Positions 1 through 4,787 of a stretch of DNA of 4,947 nucleotides are shown in pieces. Every line of letters begins with the position of its first letter. Within the stretch, counting starts at the first letter, position 1. This DNA is from a virus. Lineage: Duplodnaviria > Heunggongvirae > Uroviricota > Caudoviricetes. The stretch lies in IMG/VR virus record IMGVR_UViG_2547132273_000019; one strand, written 5' to 3'. The translations under genes were made by a program, and so were the position numbers. Below the pieces are notes generated by a model. The model ran no database searches and was not told the DNA's origin. It saw nothing but the letters and a program-made list of their open reading frames with translations.

Positions 1-83
1 ATCCATGCTGACCTCATTTCCCCTTAACGCTGGGGTAGCGGAACTGTTTGCTGAGAACACCGTGCGGTGTGTTGATGCAAATA

Positions 84-112
84 AGATTAGCCATGGCTAA
101 CATATAGGTCAA
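84..112 (-). promoter_or_regulatory. Leftward sigma70-like promoter (P_L analogue) with an operator palindrome in its spacer
   Basis: Read on the minus strand: -35 TTGACC (plus 107-112), 17-nt spacer, -10 TAATCT (plus 84-89). The perfect 14-bp palindrome TTAGCCATGGCTAA (87-100) overlaps the spacer and -10. Transcription would run toward position 1. Confidence 0.45.
87..100. promoter_or_regulatory. Operator candidate (O_L-like): perfect palindrome TTAGCCATGGCTAA, form TTAGC-N4-GCTAA
   Basis: Perfect 14-bp palindrome. The same half-sites and 4-bp spacing recur at 583-596 and 633-646 on the other side of the repressor gene. Confidence 0.55.
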
Positions 113-122
113 GTGATTTTGT

Positions 123-138
123 ATGTTATGGCTAACAT
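123..138. promoter_or_regulatory. Second left-side inverted repeat ATGTTA-tggc-TAACAT (auxiliary operator candidate)
   Basis: 6-bp arms ATGTTA/TAACAT. It shares the 11-mer ATGGCTAACAT with 93-103. It lies just upstream of the predicted leftward -35. Confidence 0.35.
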
Positions 139-172
139 GATTGATGTGGTAAAAAATAACTCATTGATGATG

Positions 173-580
173 TTATCTTTTATTTGTCCGCTGACGGGCT
201 TTTAGTAATTCTTCAAAGAGTTTATTGAAGTTTTTTACTCGAGCTCGCATTTCGGCGAGCTGGGTATCCTGTTCTGATTCTGGCAGTGCATTAAACAGCT
301 CAAGGAGCTCTAGTTCTTTGGGGGATAAGGCAACTGGCTTCTCAACAGGTGGTGTTGGTTGCTTGTCTTCATCGCCAAATAGAATCCATGTTGGTGAGCA
401 TTGCAATACTTTGCTGAGGGCAAAAAGGTTCTTCCCTGTAGGTTCACTATCATCCCGTTCCCATTGTGATACAGACACATGGGAGATTTTCAGGGCTTTA
501 GCAAGAGACCTTTGGGTGTGTTTGAGGTTTTTCCGACGATACCTAATGCGTTCGCCGATAGTTAAATTTTTTGTTTCCAT
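173..580 (-). CDS. Phage repressor, XRE-family HTH (CI-like), short form without a LexA/S24-type autocleavage domain
   Basis: 135-aa ORF. N-terminal HTH signature TQRSLAKALKISHVSVSQWERDDSEPTGKNLFALSKVLQCSPTWILFG, then a Pro-rich linker and a ~45-aa helical tail. It is divergent from a cro-like gene and flanked on both sides by palindromic operators. ATG at 580-578, stop TAA at 175-173. Confidence 0.85.
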   Translation of the reverse strand: METKNLTIGERIRYRRKNLKHTQRSLAKALKISHVSVSQWERDDSEPTGKNLFALSKVLQCSPTWILFGDEDKQPTPPVEKPVALSPKELELLELFNALPESEQDTQLAEMRARVKNFNKLFEELLKARQRTNKR

Positions 581-582
581 AG

Positions 583-596
583 TTAGCTAATGCTAA
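583..596. promoter_or_regulatory. Operator candidate (O_R-like): TTAGC-taat-GCTAA
   Basis: 14-bp inverted repeat with the same half-sites and 4-bp spacer as 87-100. It abuts the repressor start codon, so it could serve autoregulation or a P_RM-like promoter. Confidence 0.5.
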
Positions 597-602
597 ATCG
601 TA

Positions 603-631
603 TTGACTATGTTTTTGTTAACATCTATTTT
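603..631 (+). promoter_or_regulatory. Rightward sigma70-like promoter (P_R analogue) for the cro-like operon
   Basis: -35 TTGACT (603-608), 17-nt spacer, -10 TATTTT (626-631). The operator 633-646 covers the predicted transcription start. A Shine-Dalgarno AAGGTG (652-657) sits 6 nt before the ATG at 664. Confidence 0.5.
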
Positions 632-632
632 G

Positions 633-646
633 TTAGTCATAACTAA
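633..646. promoter_or_regulatory. Operator candidate (O_R-like): TTAGT-cata-ACTAA, within the longer inverted repeat TTGTTAGT-cata-ACTAACAA (630-649)
   Basis: 8-bp arms over a 20-bp span. The core matches the TTAGY-N4-RCTAA pattern of 87-100 and 583-596. It overlaps the predicted P_R start site. Confidence 0.5.
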
Positions 647-663
647 CAATAAAGGTGTTTTAA

Positions 664-894
664 ATGCTTAAAACTGACGCTCTTTTGTATTTCGGTTCAA
701 AAACAAAACTTGCACAAGCAGCAGGTATTCGTTTGGCTTCGCTTTATAGCTGGAAAGGGGATTTAGTTCCCGAAGGTCGCGCGATGCGTCTACAGGAGGC
801 ATCTGGCGGGGAGCTTCAGTATGATCCCAAAGTTTATGATGAATATCGTAAGACGAAGCGGGCGGGGCGGTTGAACAATGAAAATCACTCCTGA
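664..894 (+). CDS. Cro/YdaS-family HTH DNA-binding protein (Cro analogue)
   Basis: 76 aa. Motif YFGSKTKLAQAAGIRLASLYSWKGDLVPEGRAMRLQEASGGELQYD is typical of Cro/YdaS-type HTH proteins. It is the first gene of the rightward operon, divergent from the repressor, with a good Shine-Dalgarno sequence. Confidence 0.8.
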   Translation: MLKTDALLYFGSKTKLAQAAGIRLASLYSWKGDLVPEGRAMRLQEASGGELQYDPKVYDEYRKTKRAGRLNNENHS

Positions 895-1399
895 ACAGGC
901 TCGTGAGGCTCTGGATGCCTGGATATGTCGACCAGGAATGACACAGGAGCAGGCGACGATATTAATCACTGAAGCATTCTGGGCTTTGAAAGAGCGCCCG
1001 AACATCGATGTTCAGCGTGTCACAGATGAAGGTGGCGCGGTTGATCAGCGAGCGCTTGGCGTTAATCGAGTGAAGATATTCGAACGCTGGAAGGCTATCG
1101 ACACCAGGGATAAGCGTGAAAAGTTCAGGGCGCTAGTGCCTGCGATTATGGAGGCTATCCGGATTAGTGATTTCAGGTTGTATCGTGAGATCAGTGATGG
1201 AAAAAGTATTACGTACATGATCGCCGGGTTAAATAAAGAATATGGCGATGTGGTGGAATCCGGACTGCTTTTTGCAGATCCTGCCGTTGTAGATCGTGAA
1301 ACTGACGAACTTATAGAAAAAGCAATTGCTTTCAAGCTTGCGTATCGACAGCAATACCAACAAAAAGCTGGATGGAATTATGAGTCTTCTTTTTGCTGA
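878..1399 (+). CDS. YdaT-like early regulatory protein (CII-position analogue); function tentative
   Basis: 173-aa ORF. Its start overlaps the cro-like stop by 17 nt (ATG 878, upstream stop 892-894), suggesting translational coupling. It occupies the position of cII/ydaT in Rac-like prophages. The family assignment is from recollection of YdaT-like features (MKI start, IFERW, ALVPAI) and was not searched. Confidence 0.55.
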   Translation: MKITPEQAREALDAWICRPGMTQEQATILITEAFWALKERPNIDVQRVTDEGGAVDQRALGVNRVKIFERWKAIDTRDKREKFRALVPAIMEAIRISDFRLYREISDGKSITYMIAGLNKEYGDVVESGLLFADPAVVDRETDELIEKAIAFKLAYRQQYQQKAGWNYESSFC

Positions 1400-2345
1400 A
1401 CGCCCACTGGTTATAAACACGCAGCTGGCAATGAAAATTGGCTTAAACGAAGCCATTGTTTTGCAACAACTGCACTACTGGTTGAGAGATACCAACTCCG
1501 GCATGGAATGTGATGGTGTTCGCTGGATTTACAACACAACGGAACAATGGCTGGAACAGTTCCCATTCTGGTCAGAGTCAACGTTAAAGCGCGCGTTTGC
1601 AAGTCTGAAAACGCTGGGGCTTTTGCGTTGTGAAAAGCTCAATAAATCAAAGCGCGATATGACCAATTTCTACACGATTAACTATGGGAGCGAGCTTTTA
1701 GATGATGGCAAATTGAGCGAATCCATCGGTTCAAAATGCGCCGCTCCATCAGGTCAAAATGACACGATGGAAGAGGTCAAAATGAAACGCTCCATTGGTT
1801 CAAAACGACCCAATGTCATCGGGTCAAAATGGCCCGATGATCCTACAGAGAATACAACAGAGATTACTACAGAGAATAAAAACACTTTTCGTCCGGAAGC
1901 TTCGCAACCGGACCCGCAGACGGCTGAACAGGATTTTTTAATCCGGCACCCTGGCGCAGTTGTGTTTAGTGCGAAAAAACGCCAGTGGGGTAGCCAGGAG
2001 GATCTGGCGTGTGCGCAGTGGATATGGGGGCGGATCGTGGGTCTCTACGAACAGGCCGCCAGTGATGATGGCGAGATCATGCGACCAAAAGAGCCTAACT
2101 GGACTGTCTGGGCCAATGATGTGCGCACAATGCGGATGCTGGATGGCAGAAGCCACAGACAAATTTGCGAAATGTTTGGTCGGGTACAGCGGGATCCATT
2201 CTGGGTAAAAAACATCATGAGCCCGTCAAAACTCCGCGAAAAATGGGACGAACTGGTCATCCGCCTGGGACGTTCACCTGTACAGCGTTGTGTGAATCAT
2301 ATTTCTGAACCGGATACAGAAATTCCGCCTGGTTTCAGAGGATAA
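1380..2345 (+). CDS. Phage replication initiation protein (O-like replisome organiser) containing the origin iterons
   Basis: Long ORF. The N-terminal region (LVINTQLAMKIGLNEAIVLQQLHYWLRD...STLKRAFASLKTLGLLR) looks like a winged-helix origin-binding domain. Five DNA iterons lie in the middle of the gene and a conserved C-terminal domain follows. The ATG at 1380 overlaps the upstream stop (1397-1399). The ORF track extends to a TTG at 1326; the true start is uncertain. Confidence 0.8.
   Translation: MSLLFAERPLVINTQLAMKIGLNEAIVLQQLHYWLRDTNSGMECDGVRWIYNTTEQWLEQFPFWSESTLKRAFASLKTLGLLRCEKLNKSKRDMTNFYTINYGSELLDDGKLSESIGSKCAAPSGQNDTMEEVKMKRSIGSKRPNVIGSKWPDDPTENTTEITTENKNTFRPEASQPDPQTAEQDFLIRHPGAVVFSAKKRQWGSQEDLACAQWIWGRIVGLYEQAASDDGEIMRPKEPNWTVWANDVRTMRMLDGRSHRQICEMFGRVQRDPFWVKNIMSPSKLREKWDELVIRLGRSPVQRCVNHISEPDTEIPPGFRG
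1722..1831. repeat. Origin iterons: five direct repeats, consensus TCCATYGGTYCAAAATG, 23-24 bp period
   Basis: Copies begin at about 1722, 1745, 1768, 1791 and 1815, each with core GGT(T)CAAAA(T/C)G at 1728-1738, 1752-1761, 1775-1784, 1797-1807 and 1822-1831. The period is not a multiple of 3, so each copy is read in a different frame (GSKC, GQND, EVKMK, GSKR, GSKW). That indicates selection at the DNA level. Confidence 0.8.
1840..1890. other. AT-rich tract with short direct repeats (ACAGAGAATA twice) downstream of the iterons; candidate DNA-unwinding element
   Basis: The sequence gatcctacagagaatacaacagagattactacagagaataaaaacacttttc is clearly A+T-richer than the surrounding gene. ACAGAGAATA occurs at 1845-1854 and 1870-1879. 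Confidence 0.5.
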
Positions 2346-2385
2346 GTTTTGATTTCAGGTCATGAGGTAATTTTAAGGGGGACTT

Positions 2386-2787
2386 GTGGCAAAAGTTTTT
2401 ACACAAGAAGAGCGGGAAAAAATTAAAGGGCAGGTGGTGGAACTCGTGCGCCAGAGCGGTCGTGAGACGTTACGGCAACTGGAAGCTAAAACAGGTGCGA
2501 CTAGATATCTGATGAGCGTTCTTGCTAGAGAGCTGGTAGCCAGTGGCGATGTATACAACTCCGGCTACGGGTTATTCCCGTCTGAACAGGCGCGTAAGGA
2601 CTGGCAAAACGCCCGCAAAAAACTCTCGAGGGCAAAGGTGAAGAAACCTGCTGTGGTTGATCCGGACCTTATCTGGTCATTACCTGACGGAGAAATACGC
2701 CGCTACGACAGTCGTCTAAACATAATCTGCCGCGAGTGCCGGAAGAGTGAAGTTATGCAGCGCATACTGGCATTTTATCAGGGATAA
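2386..2787 (+). CDS. Hypothetical phage protein (133 aa), basic, possible winged-helix fold
   Basis: GTG start at 2386 with a strong Shine-Dalgarno AAGGGGG (2375-2381). It lies 40 nt after the replication gene stop and is probably co-transcribed. No recognisable catalytic motif. Stop TAA at 2785-2787. Confidence 0.6.
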   Translation: MAKVFTQEEREKIKGQVVELVRQSGRETLRQLEAKTGATRYLMSVLARELVASGDVYNSGYGLFPSEQARKDWQNARKKLSRAKVKKPAVVDPDLIWSLPDGEIRRYDSRLNIICRECRKSEVMQRILAFYQG

Positions 2788-2884
2788 TGTTAGGTATTTT
2801 AGACGTTACTAGATTAAAAAGCATTAGTTCAGGAGTGAATTGACATTCTCATTTTTCATGGCACAGGGTAGATCTGGCGTGGTT

Positions 2885-2908
2885 GTCCGCTTTGTGCCAA
2901 CAGCGGAC
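2885..2908. repeat. Inverted repeat GTCCGCT-N10-AGCGGAC (hairpin or protein-binding site), copy 1
   Basis: 7-bp perfect arms with a 10-nt spacer (ttgtgccaac). No U-tract follows, so it is not a canonical intrinsic terminator. The same arms and spacing recur at 4587-4609. Confidence 0.5.
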
Positions 2909-3074
2909 GTTACTAACGAAACTGTGAGTTAAAAACGGGAGCTGGTCACCTCCATCCCGCGAAATGGAATTCAAAAATGCCCTCATGTACGGTACTTCTA
3001 CTCTGATGTGAGCATTTTCGTGGATTTTTTCGAGCCACTCCAACGAATGATTACATTCAGTTTCGGGCACTAAA

Positions 3075-3090
3075 ACGTCATAACGTCATA
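3075..3090. repeat. Tandem direct repeat ACGTCATA x2
   Basis: Sequence aacgtcataacgtcata in the 540-bp spacer. Function unknown. Confidence 0.4.
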
Positions 3091-3276
3091 AATCCGCAAG
3101 TTGAGGAGTAGCGATCAGCCAATTGGTTAAAAAACAGCTTTAATTCCCTTTTTCAAGCAGGCTCCTTGTCGCACGTCTGGTGCATCCAATTCATTTCAGT
3201 TACCCTGATGCCATACTGGCACGGACTAGCTCTCTTAATTGGCGCTGGTTTGTTAACCTTGTCCGCTGTCGGGTCT

Positions 3277-3307
3277 TTGTAAGTTGTAATTCCTAAACTA
3301 GCATAAT
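3277..3307 (+). promoter_or_regulatory. Candidate own promoter for the RelA/SpoT-domain gene
   Basis: -35-like TTGTAA (3277-3282), about 19 nt spacer, -10-like CATAAT (3302-3307), then Shine-Dalgarno TAAGG (3315-3319) and ATG 3329. The spacer is slightly long; this is a weak call. Confidence 0.3.
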
Positions 3308-3328
3308 TTTATTATAAGGCCTCTTACT

Positions 3329-4354
3329 ATGCACATTTTATCTGTTTCAAAAAAGGAAGTTGGAAGAGCTGGGGATAGATTAGTTTCTCAGTTTGGTACA
3401 GGTGAAAAATATAAAGAGGAAGATGTACAAATTCTTCATGAGTGGAGGATGTTGCATTTATATCCTTTAAGTAAAATACAATTTTATATGGAAAGAGAGG
3501 CTATTTCCTTAAACAAAAATGCGTTACTATCCTCTAGAATTAAGAGGATGCCTTCCATTGTTACTAAGCTTTCTAGATTTCCTGATATGAAGTTAAATAA
3601 GATGCAGGATCTTGGTGGGTGCCGGGCTATTTTAAATAATCTGGATCAAGTGTATGATTTAGTTAATAAAATAAAATCATCTAAATTCTCACATGAACTA
3701 GTTAGAATGGATGATTACATGATAGACGTGAAAGATTCTGGTTATAGAAGCTTTCATATGGTCTATTCATTCCAAAATAAAAAATTTCCATCTTTAAATG
3801 GGTTGCGCATTGAAATGCAAATAAGAACAGCTATTCAACATAGCTGGGCTACAGCAGTTGAAATGGTTGGTTTGTTTCGAAAGGAATCATTGAAATCTGG
3901 TTTTGGTGATGCAAGATGGCTTAGGTTTTTTGAATTGGTATCAGAGCTTTTTTATAAACTTGAGTATGAAAAAGAACCATCTGGGAGTTATATAAAAATA
4001 TCAGAAGAATTAAGTTATTTATCCGTCGAGTTGAATGTTTTCGATATATTAGCTGCTTACAATGCCGTTGTTAGCCATATTGAGGGTAGCAAAAAATATG
4101 ATAAAGGACTTTGCATAATTGTTGTTGATACCATAAAGCGGAATATAAATATAAAGAGCTTCGAAAATCACAATCATGCGAAGGCGGCAGAAGCTTATGT
4201 CGAGTCTGAAAAATACTGCGCGGAAAATAAAGGCTGTGAAGTGGCTATGGTTTCTGTTAGTTCAATTAGTGAATTAAAAAATGCATATCCTGCTTACTTT
4301 TTAGATACGAAAACTTTTTTAAATTATCTCAGTAGGTATGTTTTTATAAAATAA
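3329..4354 (+). CDS. RelA/SpoT-domain nucleotide pyrophosphokinase (small alarmone synthetase-like) with a C-terminal extension; candidate toxSAS or fused toxin-antitoxin (CapRel-like) defence protein
   Basis: 341 aa. Synthetase-fold motifs in order: RIKRMPSIVTKLSR (R-x-K-x3-S-I-x2-K), QDLGGCRAIL, DDYMIDVKDSGYRSFHMVY (compare NGYQSIHTVV in RelA) and EMQIRTAIQHSWA (compare EIQIRT...H). About 115-150 residues follow the SAS core. Hand counts of sample 60-nt lines give about 23-30% G+C inside the gene against about 53% in the replication gene. Confidence 0.85.
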   Translation: MHILSVSKKEVGRAGDRLVSQFGTGEKYKEEDVQILHEWRMLHLYPLSKIQFYMEREAISLNKNALLSSRIKRMPSIVTKLSRFPDMKLNKMQDLGGCRAILNNLDQVYDLVNKIKSSKFSHELVRMDDYMIDVKDSGYRSFHMVYSFQNKKFPSLNGLRIEMQIRTAIQHSWATAVEMVGLFRKESLKSGFGDARWLRFFELVSELFYKLEYEKEPSGSYIKISEELSYLSVELNVFDILAAYNAVVSHIEGSKKYDKGLCIIVVDTIKRNINIKSFENHNHAKAAEAYVESEKYCAENKGCEVAMVSVSSISELKNAYPAYFLDTKTFLNYLSRYVFIK

Positions 4355-4586
4355 AAAATGTTTTCTGGAGTGGTCTGAATTCTACTAACTTAGTTTTTTC
4401 AGACCGCTTCTGACCACAATGGCCTGTGAGGTTCTGCTGCTAGTCAACATAAAATAACAAAGCCGGCAGGTGGTGGTTGTTGTAAAGTTATTCAATGACA
4501 TTCATGGAGGCTTAAGCGAATTATTTGTCCCTGGTCGGTATGGTGGCAACAGCTTGTTGCGAGAATTTGGCTAATTTGGACTGACT

Positions 4587-4609
4587 TCCGCTCCTTGCTC
4601 AAAGCGGAC
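4587..4609. repeat. Inverted repeat TCCGCT-N10-AGCGGAC, copy 2
   Basis: 6-bp arms plus a trailing C, 10-nt spacer (ccttgctcaa). Same arm sequence and spacing as 2885-2908. The two copies bracket the RelA/SpoT-domain gene. Confidence 0.5.
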
Positions 4610-4721
4610 TAGAAGGTTAGCTTGTGTCGGACTTTGCGTATTAAAAGAAGTGCTGGTGGTGACTAGTGGTTGAGCCCCATTTCCACAGAAAAAATCAGAG
4701 AAACTATACCCAATAGTTGTA

Positions 4722-4750
4722 TTGAATCACTGACGAGACAGCCTCATATT
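4722..4750 (+). promoter_or_regulatory. Candidate sigma70-like promoter upstream of the small ORF
   Basis: -35 TTGAAT (4722-4727), 17-nt spacer, -10 CATATT (4745-4750). A strong Shine-Dalgarno AGGAGG (4776-4781) follows. Confidence 0.3.
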
Positions 4751-4787
4751 CATCAGGACTGGTGTACGTCCAATACAGGAGGTTGTG

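Noticed and set aside
1-172. A minus-strand gene downstream of the repressor, or a tRNA/attachment site at the left edge
   Set aside because: The stretch is too short and truncated by the window edge to support an ORF, and no tRNA-like cloverleaf was recognised. The repeats there are better explained as operator and promoter elements.
225-590. 121-aa plus-strand ORF antisense to the repressor gene
   Set aside because: It lies entirely within the opposite strand of a gene with a clear HTH signature and operator context, has a low-complexity Ser-rich translation and no ribosome-binding site; treated as an antisense artefact.
1326-1379. TTG at 1326 as the start of the replication initiator
   Set aside because: It would create a 74-nt overlap with the upstream gene. 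ATG 1380, preceded by GGATGG and overlapping the upstream stop by 20 nt, is the more conventional coupled start; the choice remains uncertain.
790-1602. Minus-strand ORFs 790-1005, 1045-1335, 1229-1456 and 1411-1602
   Set aside because: All are embedded antisense in the cro-like, YdaT-like and replication genes, which have better start contexts and recognisable motifs; no independent support.
1722-1831. Possibility that the periodic repeats are a CRISPR array
   Set aside because: The units are about 17 bp with a 23-bp period and almost no spacer, inside a coding region, followed by an AT-rich tract. That is the signature of origin iterons, not of CRISPR repeats with spacers.
1938-2558. ORFs 1938-2162 (-), 1960-2208 (+, alternative frame), 2045-2260 (-) and 2373-2558 (-)
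   Set aside because: They overlap the C-terminal domain of the replication initiator or the 133-aa gene on the other strand or frame; they lack Shine-Dalgarno sequences and look like frame shadows.
2849-3070. 73-aa minus-strand ORF in the spacer upstream of the cargo gene
   Set aside because: No Shine-Dalgarno sequence or promoter context; it spans regulatory-looking repeats and has no recognisable motif, so it is likely spurious. Not completely excluded.
4372-4405. Inverted repeat GGTCTGAA-N18-TTCAGACC just after the cargo gene stop, as an intrinsic terminator
   Set aside because: The 8-bp stem has an 18-nt loop and no U-tract after it. A hairpin of this size is expected by chance in 5 kb, so it is not called as a terminator.
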